Notes under the pieces: model-generated
Told to the model about the DNA's origin: nothing
Database searches by the model: none
Seen by the model: the letters and a program-made list of their open reading frames with translations, nothing else
Shown: positions 9,644-17,598 of the stretch, in pieces
How positions within the stretch are numbered: position 1 is the first letter of the stretch
How the letters are laid out: the number at the start of each line of letters is the position of its first letter
From: Burkholderiales bacterium
GTDB lineage: Bacteria > Pseudomonadota > Gammaproteobacteria > Burkholderiales > Ga0077523
Assembly (NCBI GenBank): GCA_019745565.1
Contig: JAIESW010000005.1
Coordinates: 235-64,234, forward strand
Direction of reading: 5' to 3'
Length of the DNA stretch: 64,000 bases
Translations under genes and position numbers: made by a program

Positions 9644-9690
9644 CCACCCTCTGGCGGCCGCCCGACGCGGCGTGACCACACCGCTTGCGG

Positions 9691-10176
9691 TCAGAGGCCC
9701 GGCGCCAGCGTGAAGGCCGCCGCGGCGGCAAGTCCTGCTGCAGTGCGCACGTGGTTCCAGGCGGTCCAGGTCCGAACGTAGTCCGACCACGCGGACGCGG
9801 CGCCGGCATCCGTGCGCACGATCTTGGCCAGCACTGCGTTGCGCGGGACGTTGCACGCGATCGTCACGCCGAACGTGCCGATGAGGTAGAGCAGACCGCC
9901 CGCGATCAGCAATGGGCTGGTGCCGCCGTGCCAACGCAGCAGCGCCCCGACGATTGCTGCAACCGCGACGAGCGCGGTGCCCATGAAGACGCCCAGGAAC
10001 CAGGGGTTCAGCACCACGACGTTGATGGACTGCATCGCCGCGATTCCCTCGGCGGGTGTCAGACGCGCCAGCGCTTTCATCACGAAGGTGGAGAAGGCGA
10101 AGAACACACCGGCGACGAGACCGCTCCCGAGCGCTGCGATCAACGCCAAAGCGTCGAGCCACATCGGGGTGTCCAA
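9691..10176 (-). CDS. DUF1772 (anthrone-oxygenase-like) membrane protein
   Basis: 161 aa with 4 TM segments. GLVAGVFFAFSTFVMKAL...AAMQSINVVVLNPWF matches the DUF1772 pattern. Confidence 0.75.
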   Translation of the reverse strand: MDTPMWLDALALIAALGSGLVAGVFFAFSTFVMKALARLTPAEGIAAMQSINVVVLNPWFLGVFMGTALVAVAAIVGALLRWHGGTSPLLIAGGLLYLIGTFGVTIACNVPRNAVLAKIVRTDAGAASAWSDYVRTWTAWNHVRTAAGLAAAAAFTLAPGL

Positions 10177-10189
10177 GACCAGCCGCGTC

Positions 10190-10834
10190 TCAGGTGAGCG
10201 CCGAGATCGCCGATTGATAGACGGGCAGGGCGTTCCCGTAGTTGTTGACCGTCACCTTGAGATCGCGCAGCAGTCCGTCCTGGAGGCCGTAGGCCCACCC
10301 GTGCACGGCGAGTTCCTGCCCGCGCTCCCATGCGTCGCGCACGATCGTCGTATGACAGACGTTAGCCACCTGCTCGATCACGTTGAATTCGCACATGCGG
10401 TCCGCCTCCGCTTTCTCGTCACCGACGCTCGCGAGGGCGGCCTCGTGCTTCGCCCGCACGTCCTGCACGTGGCGCAGCCAGTTGTCGCTCAGGCCGATAC
10501 GGTGGCGACGCAGCGCTGCGTTCACCCCGCTGCAGCCGTAGTGCCCGCAGACAATGATGTGCTTGACCTTCAGCACGTCCACCGCGAACTGGAGCACCGA
10601 CAGACAGTTGAGGTCGGTGTGCACCACCAGATTGGCGACGTTGCGGTGGACGAACAACTCGCCGGGCAGCAGGCCGACGATTTCGTTCGCAGGCACGCGG
10701 CTGTCGGAGCAGCCGATCCATAGATACTCGGGCGTTTGCTGGCGTGACAGCTTGACGAAGAATTCAGGATCCTGCTGCAGGATGCGGGCAGCCCAGGCCT
10801 TGTTCTTCTCGAAGAGGTGCTCGAGGGTTTTCAT
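10190..10834 (-). CDS. can: Beta-class carbonic anhydrase
   Basis: 214 aa. Zinc ligand motifs CSDSRV and HYGCSGV, and an N-terminal NKAWA...DPEFF region typical of Can/CynT. Confidence 0.9.
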   Translation of the reverse strand: MKTLEHLFEKNKAWAARILQQDPEFFVKLSRQQTPEYLWIGCSDSRVPANEIVGLLPGELFVHRNVANLVVHTDLNCLSVLQFAVDVLKVKHIIVCGHYGCSGVNAALRRHRIGLSDNWLRHVQDVRAKHEAALASVGDEKAEADRMCEFNVIEQVANVCHTTIVRDAWERGQELAVHGWAYGLQDGLLRDLKVTVNNYGNALPVYQSAISALT

Positions 10835-10922
10835 GTCGGTCTCGATGGCTCGAGCGCGGAATGCGACTCGAACTGGAGCGTCTCACAGTAAGGTGCGATG
10901 GGAAAGCCCGGTTGTACCGTAT

Positions 10923-11237
10923 TCATCTCGCACCGATCCGGATCTCGTAGTGCTGGGAGCGCGCATCGAAGCGCGCCAGGATCGCGCGTGCGTTCGGCGG
11001 AACGACGGCGGCTTCGTAGTCGTCTCCGGCGAACTGACGGACCGCCTCGATGGAATCGAAGTGCATGATCGTCACGAACTCCACTTCCACGCCCACGTCA
11101 CGACGCAGGAGCTCGATGTGGCGGAATCCGGGGATGTGCCGGTTCTCGATGCCGACGAAGATCTCCCGGCGCAGCAGAGCCTCGTAGGCGTCCGCGTTTT
11201 CCGGTGCGGTCCAGCCGTGCCAGATGCGGGAGATCAC
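10923..11237 (-). CDS. Antibiotic-biosynthesis-monooxygenase-like (ABM/Dabb fold) protein
   Basis: I use GTG at 11237, which forms a GTGA overlap with the upstream CWC gene stop. VISRIWHGWTAPENADAYEALL...VTIMHFDSIEAVRQFAG is an ABM-like pattern. The longer track ORF N-terminus (to 11420) is Arg/Pro-rich and overlaps the CWC gene. Confidence 0.65.
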   Translation of the reverse strand: MISRIWHGWTAPENADAYEALLRREIFVGIENRHIPGFRHIELLRRDVGVEVEFVTIMHFDSIEAVRQFAGDDYEAAVVPPNARAILARFDARSQHYEIRIGAR

Positions 11238-11461
11238 CGGTCCTGGGGATCGCCGCCCGTGGCGCACCGGCGGCAGATGCAGGCAGTGCGGCGGTCGGCC
11301 TCCGGTACCCGGTCGAGGACTTTCTGCGGGATCTTCACGCTGGTGCACCAGCAGGGTGCCCCGCCGAACTGCCCGCTGGCAGCTGGTTCGCAGCCGTTTG
11401 GCCCCCCGCAGAGGGGACATGTCGACCAGGGCAGCGGCGCGGCGATCGCGGCGGGTTCCAT
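11234..11461 (-). CDS. Cysteine-rich CWC-family small protein
   Basis: CPLCGGPNGC...PCWCTSVKIP...CICRRC is the pattern of the Cys-rich CWC family. The start is ambiguous (ATG at 11461 or 11497). Confidence 0.65.
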   Translation of the reverse strand: MEPAAIAAPLPWSTCPLCGGPNGCEPAASGQFGGAPCWCTSVKIPQKVLDRVPEADRRTACICRRCATGGDPQDR

Positions 11462-11515
11462 GGCGGACAATCTAATGGCGGTCGGAGCAGGCCGCAACGG
11501 TCATCGGCGCGGCAA

Positions 11516-11905
11516 TCACGACCGGCGCCGCTGCTTCCTTTCGACGCTGCGCTCGCGGTTCTGCCGAACCCGCAGCTGCACGATCCTCTCGATCAATGCA
11601 TATGGCATGGGCTCATCCAGAGAGAAGCGGAGATTGCCCTTTTCGCCGGCATATCTCTCGAGCCGCTTCCCGAGCGCTGCGTCGCCGTGCACCGGCGGAT
11701 AAAAACCGATGTGAGTCTTGAATGCGCCGAAGTGCACCAGAACGCCTCCGAGCGTGAAGGTGGGCATCCGATAGCTGATCGTCTCCTGCGCGTCCGGGGC
11801 GGCGGCTGCGATCGTCCGCCGGATCTGCCGCAGGATCGGCTGCGCTTCGAGGGGACAACCGGCGATGTATTCGTCGATCGTCGCGGGTTTCCGCTGCACG
11901 CTCAT
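11516..11905 (-). CDS. DUF1801 (YdhG-like) domain protein
   Basis: 129 aa. TIDEYIAGCPLEAQPILRQIRRTI...ETISYRMPTFTL...FGAFKTHIGFYP is the DUF1801 pattern. Confidence 0.75.
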   Translation of the reverse strand: MSVQRKPATIDEYIAGCPLEAQPILRQIRRTIAAAAPDAQETISYRMPTFTLGGVLVHFGAFKTHIGFYPPVHGDAALGKRLERYAGEKGNLRFSLDEPMPYALIERIVQLRVRQNRERSVERKQRRRS

Positions 11906-11959
11906 CTCGTGGTGTCTCCCTTCGAATCCCGGTCCTGGATGCAGGGAAGCCGGCCGCGA

Positions 11960-12245
11960 TCAGGTGGCGGGTCTGGCGGCCGGATGCTCGGGAAGTCCGT
12001 CCGCCAGGCGTATCCACGACGGCTTGCCGTCGACGAAAATGTGGTCGTCGGGCGGCAGCCGTTCCGGGTCGTCGAGGCTGCAGGTCGCGATGTCCCCTTC
12101 ATTCGGCGTGTCGTCGTGCTCGAAAGTCAGCTGCCTGCCCCATCGCGGGCAGCTTGTCGATGTCCTGGGCCGACAGTTGACCCGAAGACCACAGCCAGTC
12201 GAAAACCTGATGCGTGTTCTCGGCATCCACGCACCCGTCACCCAC
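11960..12245 (-). pseudogene. Composite remnant: N-terminal about 35 codons of a DUF442/PTP-like phosphatase-family gene joined out of frame to an unrelated C-terminal fragment
   Basis: The frame starting at GTG 12245 reads VGDGCVDAENTHQVFDWLWSSGQLSAQDIDKLPAMG, then nonsense and a stop at 12099. GC3-rich coding then continues in another frame (LTFEHDDTPNEGDIATC...DHIFVDGKPSWIRLADGLPEHP, stop 11960). Neither piece is full length. Confidence 0.4.
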
Positions 12246-12334
12246 CCATTCGGCTCAGTCGTCGCTGCCGGAGGGCCTGGACCATGATCACCACGATCAC
12301 GAGGTTGACCGTCAGCATGGCGACGCTCAGGAAC

Positions 12335-12667
12335 TCAGACGACCAACGCCACGACACCGATCGCTGCGACGGCAAGCCCCACGAGCAGGAGCAGCGCGAC
12401 GATGGTCCGACGCAGCCCGAGGAAGATCGCAGCGGCGCCGGTGGGAATGATGGCGATCATCCCGAACAGCGCGACGAAGAGGAGCACGTCGCCGAACGCG
12501 TACATGCCGCTCGACGCATCGTATTCGGGGCCGCTCGTGAGGCGGACGTGGAGCCAGACGATGCCGGCCGGGATCAGTATTGCCAGAGCGTAACCGCCGA
12601 GCACGATGCCCCATTTGGCCGGAACGGGCAGGCGGCGCAGGTTGCGCGCAAAGGAAGAAGGACTCAC
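12335..12667 (-). CDS. Small hypothetical membrane protein (3 TM)
   Basis: The C-terminal 110 codons of track ORF 12335-12856 are hydrophobic and GC3-rich (WGIVLGGYALAILIPAGIVWL..., LLFVALFGMIAIIPTG..., ALLLLVGLAVAAIGVVALVV). I suggest GTG at 12667, but the start is uncertain. Confidence 0.5.
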   Translation of the reverse strand: MSPSSFARNLRRLPVPAKWGIVLGGYALAILIPAGIVWLHVRLTSGPEYDASSGMYAFGDVLLFVALFGMIAIIPTGAAAIFLGLRRTIVALLLLVGLAVAAIGVVALVV

Positions 12668-12741
12668 GGATGATTGCCTGTCGGTGCAGTCCTGCGAACG
12701 ATCAGCCGGTCGCGAACCGTGCTTCTGGCGGCCAGATCGCT

Positions 12742-12990
12742 CTACGCGACATTGCGTACTTCCGCCGGCAGGCGGTCGAGATTCTGCTCGTTGGCTTCGG
12801 TCACGAAGTGCGCGATCTCCTCCCGGTGATGGGCCGTGTCGAACAACTGATGCCAACCCACCAATGTCCGGGTGCCCACGGCCGTGTAAGTGATCGTCAG
12901 CACGAAGTGATGGTCTGCCGACGGATGGTCGACGACCACACGTTCGGGAGCGACGACTTCACCAAAGACATTCTCGTTCGGATAGTTCCT
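12742..12990 (-). pseudogene. C-terminal fragment of an SRPBCC / AHSA1 (Aha1-like) family gene
   Basis: GRNYPNENVFGEVVAPERVVVDHPSADHHFVLTITYTAVGTRTLVGW... matches only the C-terminal half of AHSA1-type proteins. The N-terminal half is missing, and the listed N-terminus (MSSSRSRISIG...) is out-of-frame VOC sequence. Confidence 0.45.
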
Positions 12991-13117
12991 GCCAACCGGC
13001 CCAGGGATGTTGCGGCTCGCAGAAGCGTTCCTCGATGCCGAGGCAACCGAAAAGGGCGCGATAGAAGCCCAGCGCCCGATCGAAATCCGAGACCTCGACG
13101 AAGACATGGGAGAACAA
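12959..13117 (-). pseudogene. N-terminal fragment of a VOC (glyoxalase/bleomycin-resistance fold) gene
   Basis: My translation from TTG 13117 gives (M)FSHVFVEVSDFDRALGFYRALFGCLGIEERFCEPQHPWAGWQ, then nonsense and a stop at 12959. The break with the AHSA1 fragment lies near 12989, which looks like a deletion junction. Confidence 0.45.
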
Positions 13118-13150
13118 CCGGGCCGCCGCCGATGATCGTCGGAATCGACC

Positions 13151-14452
13151 TCAGGCGGGTTGCGCAGCAGCGCTCTGCCGCGCGACGCTGCGCCCGACGA
13201 TGGTCGCCACGATCGAGCCCGTCAGCAGGCAGGCGCCGAGGAAGACGAGGCCGGCCTGGAAGCCGCCCGCATGGTCCTTGAGCCAGCCCACCATGAACGG
13301 GCCGACGAAACCGCCGAGGTTGCCCACGGAATTGATGAAGGCGATACCGCCCGCCGCGGCCACACCGGTCAGATAGGTGGCGGGCATGGCCCAGAACACG
13401 GGTTGCGAGCAATACATGCCGATGGCCGCGAACGTCAGCGCCACCATCGCGAGCACCGGCGACTGGATGAATGCGCTGCTCACCATGCCGACGGCGCCCA
13501 GCGCCAGGGCGCCCGCGCAATGAAATACGCGTTCCTTCGTCTTGTCCGAGTGGCGCGACCACAACACCATGCAGATGGTGGCGATCAGATAGGGAACCGC
13601 CATGATCAGGCCGATGTGGAAGCTGTCGGCAACGCCCATGCCCTTGATGAGCTGGGGCATCCACAGGCTGAGGCCGTAGATGCCGATGGCAAGGGCGGTG
13701 TAGACCACGGCAAACAGCAGCACCTTCGGATGAGCGAGCGTCTGCCAGAGCGTGAGGTGCTTGGTGTCGGTGCGCGACTCGGCCTCGCGATGCAGCTTGT
13801 CGCGCAGGTGCGCTTTCTCGGCGTCGGTGAGCCACGTGGCCTTGTCAGGGCTGTCGGTCACCAGACGCAGGCAAAGGTACGCCAGCAGGAGAGTCGGCAA
13901 GCCCTCGATGATGAACAGCCAGCGCCAGCCGGGAAGCCCCATGGAGCCGTCGAAGTACTTCAGGATCAGGCCGCCCAGCGGAGCGGCGATGGTGTTGTTC
14001 AACGGACTGATGATGATGAACAGCCCGAAGATGCGCCCGCGGTATTCCGCCGGGAACCACAGCGTCAGGTAGTAGATCACCCCGGGGAAGAAGCCCGCCT
14101 CGGCCACGCCGAGCAGGAAGCGGATCACGAAGAAGCTCACGTTGCCGCTGATGAAGCCCATCGCAATCGCGAAGATGCCCCAGGTGACCATGATGCGTGC
14201 GAACCAGAGGCGGGCACCGACCTTGGACAGGATCAGGTTGCTGGGCACTTCACCGAGGAAATAACCGAAGAAGAAGAGTCCGGCACCCCAGCCGTATATG
14301 GTGGCCGTGAACCCAAGCTCGGCGTTCATGGTCAGTGCCGCGAGGCCGACGTTGAGGCGGTCGATGATGCAGATCAGGTACGCAACCAAAAGGAAGGGTA
14401 GAACCCTCCACGCCATCTTGCGTACCAGCGCTCGTTCTTCCGCTGCGTTCAT
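13151..14452 (-). CDS. MFS transporter, anion:cation symporter (ACS) type (tartrate/galactonate/phthalate-permease-like)
   Basis: 433 aa with 12 TM. IDRLNVGLAAL and GWGAGLFFFGYFLGEVPSN motifs are typical of ACS-family MFS carboxylate permeases. Confidence 0.85.
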   Translation of the reverse strand: MNAAEERALVRKMAWRVLPFLLVAYLICIIDRLNVGLAALTMNAELGFTATIYGWGAGLFFFGYFLGEVPSNLILSKVGARLWFARIMVTWGIFAIAMGFISGNVSFFVIRFLLGVAEAGFFPGVIYYLTLWFPAEYRGRIFGLFIIISPLNNTIAAPLGGLILKYFDGSMGLPGWRWLFIIEGLPTLLLAYLCLRLVTDSPDKATWLTDAEKAHLRDKLHREAESRTDTKHLTLWQTLAHPKVLLFAVVYTALAIGIYGLSLWMPQLIKGMGVADSFHIGLIMAVPYLIATICMVLWSRHSDKTKERVFHCAGALALGAVGMVSSAFIQSPVLAMVALTFAAIGMYCSQPVFWAMPATYLTGVAAAGGIAFINSVGNLGGFVGPFMVGWLKDHAGGFQAGLVFLGACLLTGSIVATIVGRSVARQSAAAQPA

Positions 14453-14519
14453 GTCGTCTCTCTCCCCGTCGTGTCGTTTGTTGTCTACCGTGAGGGCTTG
14501 CCCCGAGGCCCTGAGTCAA

Positions 14520-14823
14520 TCATATAACGGCGGGGTGTCGGCGCTCCCGGGCGCTGAGCGGGATGCGCCCCTGGCGGGAAAGTGCGGCACGGTTCTTCGC
14601 GACCTCTTCCCTGCGAGCCGCGAGATACTCGGCGTTGCCGTTTCGGCACTCGGCCTCGGACGTGATCTGCGCATCGAGGGCCCAGATATAGCCGTCCTGT
14701 CGCGTTGCTCGAGGCGTCGTATCCGGAGCGGTCGCGGGCCGCGGTGGGAGACCACTTGCCCAACCGGCAGGCCCCGAACGCTGCGAGCGCCGTACCGGCG
14801 AGGATGTAGAGGAGGGTAGCCAT
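14520..14823 (-). pseudogene. Small lipoprotein-like gene with an apparent +1 frameshift
   Basis: ATG 14823 gives MATLLYILAGTALAAFGAC... (signal/lipobox-like) with high GC3 for about 41 codons. High GC3 then moves to the next frame (DGYIWALDAQITSEAECRNGNAEYLAARREEVAKNRAALSRQGR..., stop 14520). One extra base near 14697 would join the two parts. Confidence 0.3.
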
Positions 14824-14910
14824 TTCGATCGATCGGAAAGCACGTACACTCGCTCCAGGAGGCAAGCGCACGGACACGAGCGGGACCAACACGCCTGACG
14901 GAGGAGCGCC

Positions 14911-15669
14911 ATGCAGAGCCAGTCCAAAGTCGCGATCGTGACCGGCGGAGCCGGCGGGATCGGAGAGGCCGCTGCGCGGGCGATCGCCGCGCGCGGTGTG
15001 CATGTCGTGTTGGCAGATCTGCGTCCCGCGGCTGCGGAGGAGACGGCCGCACGCCTGCGAGCCGAAGGGCTCGATGTCGAGCCGGCGAGCGTGGACGTCG
15101 CCAGCGAGGCGAGTGTGCGCGCCATGGTCGAGGCGGTGCTGAACCGCAGCGGACGCGTCGACATCCTCGTGAACAATGCCGGCGTGGAGAGCTCCAAGCC
15201 GTTCCTTGAGATCGGCCTCGACGAATACGAACGCGTCATGCGCGTGAACACGACCGGCGCCTGGCTCTGCTGCCAGGCGGTCATTCCGGCCATGCTGCGC
15301 CAGGGGAGCGGTTACATCGTGAACGTGACCTCCGTGGCCGGCCAACTCGGCGGCGGATTGCTCGGGACAGTCGCCTATTCGACGTCGAAAGGTGCGGTGA
15401 ACTCGATGACGAAGGCATTGGCGCGCGAGTTCGCCAAGTCCGGCATCCGCGTAAACGCCGTGTCGCCCAGCCTCACGATGACGGACTTCGCCCAACGCCA
15501 GCTCGACCGGCTAGCACCCGGCACCCTGGACCGGGTGATCGCGCGGACACCGATAGGGCGTGTGGGCCAGGCCGAGGAGATCGCTGCCGCCATCGCTTTT
15601 CTGGTTTCCGACGAGGCTTCCTTCGTCGTCGGTCACGTGATGAACGTGGACGGCGGAACGGCGATCTGA
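14911..15669 (+). CDS. SDR-family oxidoreductase (FabG-like)
   Basis: 252 aa. TGGAGGIG cofactor motif, NNAG, and catalytic S...YSTSK. Confidence 0.9.
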   Translation: MQSQSKVAIVTGGAGGIGEAAARAIAARGVHVVLADLRPAAAEETAARLRAEGLDVEPASVDVASEASVRAMVEAVLNRSGRVDILVNNAGVESSKPFLEIGLDEYERVMRVNTTGAWLCCQAVIPAMLRQGSGYIVNVTSVAGQLGGGLLGTVAYSTSKGAVNSMTKALAREFAKSGIRVNAVSPSLTMTDFAQRQLDRLAPGTLDRVIARTPIGRVGQAEEIAAAIAFLVSDEASFVVGHVMNVDGGTAI

Positions 15670-15680
15670 ATCGCGCGCTG

Positions 15681-16448
15681 CTACCGGGCGCCCGACGCGA
15701 GAAAGCCACCGTCGATCGGCAGGGCGATCCCCGTCACGTACGCCGCGGCGTCCGAGGCGAGATAGGCGACGGCAGCGGCGATCTCCTCGGGTGTGCCATA
15801 CCGGTTCATCGGTATCGCGTCGGTGTAGCTCTGCCGGAACTCGTCCGAATGCAGTACCCGCGTCATCGGCGTGTCGACCGGACCGGGTGCCACGGCGTTC
15901 GCGGTGATGCCGTGCTCCGCGAGTTCGACGGCCATCTGGCGCGTGAGGCCGATGACCGCCGCCTTCGAGGTCCCATAGCCGGTCCGGCCCACGCCCACCG
16001 CGCGCATGCCCGCGACCGACGCGATGTTGATGATCCGGCCCCAGCGCTCGCGCATCATGCGCCGTGCACCGTACTGGGCGCACAGGAGCACGCCGGTCAC
16101 GTTGATGGCGAGATGCGCCCGCCAGCTGTCCAGCGGGAAGTCGACGAAGGGGAAGGTCTTCGCGATGCCGGCATTGTTCACCACGATGTCGCAGCGGCCG
16201 CAGCGCCGGTCGATGACGTCGAAGGCCGCCGCCACCGATGCAGGGTCGCCGACGTCGATCCGCAGCGCGGAGGCTTCAAGGCCGGCGCCCGTGAGCGCGT
16301 CGGCCTTCTCCTGCGCCTGCGTCTCGTCGATGTCGCCGATCAGCACATGCATGCCCTGCTGTGCGAGCAGATCCGCGATGGCGGCACCGATGCCCTTGGC
16401 CGCACCGGTAATGAGGGCGACGCGCTTGATTCCGTGTTTCGTTGTCAT
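15681..16448 (-). CDS. SDR-family oxidoreductase (FabG-like), last gene of the RLP/TRAP operon
   Basis: 255 aa. TGAAKGIG, NNAG, and YGTSK. Lies 50 nt downstream of the BKACE gene on the same strand. Confidence 0.9.
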   Translation of the reverse strand: MTTKHGIKRVALITGAAKGIGAAIADLLAQQGMHVLIGDIDETQAQEKADALTGAGLEASALRIDVGDPASVAAAFDVIDRRCGRCDIVVNNAGIAKTFPFVDFPLDSWRAHLAINVTGVLLCAQYGARRMMRERWGRIINIASVAGMRAVGVGRTGYGTSKAAVIGLTRQMAVELAEHGITANAVAPGPVDTPMTRVLHSDEFRQSYTDAIPMNRYGTPEEIAAAVAYLASDAAAYVTGIALPIDGGFLASGAR

Positions 16449-16498
16449 TCTTTTTTCCTACTCATTGCAGATTCCATAGGGCCCTGGCCCCGTTCGAT

Positions 16499-17545
16499 TC
16501 AAGCCGGTGCCAGAGCCTGTCGGATCTCCCGGATGCTCGCCGGCTCCTTGCCGGCGGAGCGGATCACTCGGACGGCTTCTTCCACCAGTTGCACGTTGGT
16601 CCTGGTGGCGCCGAACGGCGCATCCTCCAGCCCTACGCGGATATGGCCGCCGCGCTGGATCGCATACGCCATCAGCGGCGCGATGTTCACATCGAGGCCG
16701 GCGATCATCCAGGGGGCATACGGTGCCTCGTCCGCCAGAAGGCGCAGGAAGGCGTCGAGCGCGTAGGGCTGCGGCGGGAAGCCGAAGCTCAACCCGTCGG
16801 AGAACATGAAGCGGTAGATGCATTGCGGCACCTGCGGGTAGGCGCGCTCCAGCGCCGCCCCCAGACGCACGAAGCCCGGTTCGTAGAGCGCGTAACCGGG
16901 ATGGAAGCGATAGCGCGTCGCGAGTTCCAGGCCGAGGCGGATGTGCGATTCGGGATTTGCATACACGAAGCCCTGCTTGCCGGCGGGGATCTCGTCGAGC
17001 CGCGTGATGTTGGTGGAACCGGGATCGACCACCGCCCACTCCAGCAATCCGCGTTTCGCCAGCGTTTCCGTGTGCGTAAAGCGCTCCTGCGCGGTCATCA
17101 TGTTGGGGGCGTCCACGCTGCCGGCGAAGGGCAGGGTCGGGTAGACGACCACGTCCTCCTTGGCACGGATGCCTTCGATGATGGCCGCGTAGAGATCGGC
17201 ATCGTCCTTCTGCCGCCCGGTCTTCTCGTCGTACGCGTGCACGTGCAGGATTGCAGCGCCGGCCTGCGCACACGCAATGCCCTCTGCCACGATGTCCCGC
17301 ACCGAGATCGGAATCCCCGGCTGGCGATCGCGAGACCACGGACCGTTCAACGACACCTCGAGCCAGGTCTTGCCCGGGGTCTGCACGGGTTTCGTCCGGG
17401 TGGCGTCGCTGCGCCCTACCATCGGCACCGACGCCAGTCCGCCCGCGAGCACCGACGCACCGAGCGCGCGCACGAAGTGCCGGCGGCTCGGCCGCCGGCC
17501 GTCCGGATCGTCATCATCATTCATCGGCATGTGGCAGCGGGTCAT
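16499..17545 (-). CDS. BKACE-family (3-keto-5-aminohexanoate cleavage enzyme-like, DUF849) protein with an N-terminal twin-arginine signal
   Basis: Start chosen at ATG 17545, preceded by AGGAGAGGAAACG. MTRCHMPMNDDDDPDGRRPSRRHFVRALGASVLAGGLASVPMVG is a Tat motif (SRRxFV) plus h-region. BKACE core follows: AGAAILHVHAYD (HxH zinc ligands) and GGHIRVGLEDAP. Confidence 0.85.
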   Translation of the reverse strand: MTRCHMPMNDDDDPDGRRPSRRHFVRALGASVLAGGLASVPMVGRSDATRTKPVQTPGKTWLEVSLNGPWSRDRQPGIPISVRDIVAEGIACAQAGAAILHVHAYDEKTGRQKDDADLYAAIIEGIRAKEDVVVYPTLPFAGSVDAPNMMTAQERFTHTETLAKRGLLEWAVVDPGSTNITRLDEIPAGKQGFVYANPESHIRLGLELATRYRFHPGYALYEPGFVRLGAALERAYPQVPQCIYRFMFSDGLSFGFPPQPYALDAFLRLLADEAPYAPWMIAGLDVNIAPLMAYAIQRGGHIRVGLEDAPFGATRTNVQLVEEAVRVIRSAGKEPASIREIRQALAPA

Positions 17546-17598
17546 CGTTTCCTCTCCTGAAGCGCGGGCGTCCGCGGGTTCGCTCGTTGCACGTCGCA

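Noticed and set aside
14485-15495. 336-aa and 257-aa minus-strand ORFs across the 14.5-15.5 kb region
   Set aside because: Most of their length is antisense to the well-supported plus-strand SDR gene. Only the 14520-14823 portion shows coding signal, and even that requires a frameshift.
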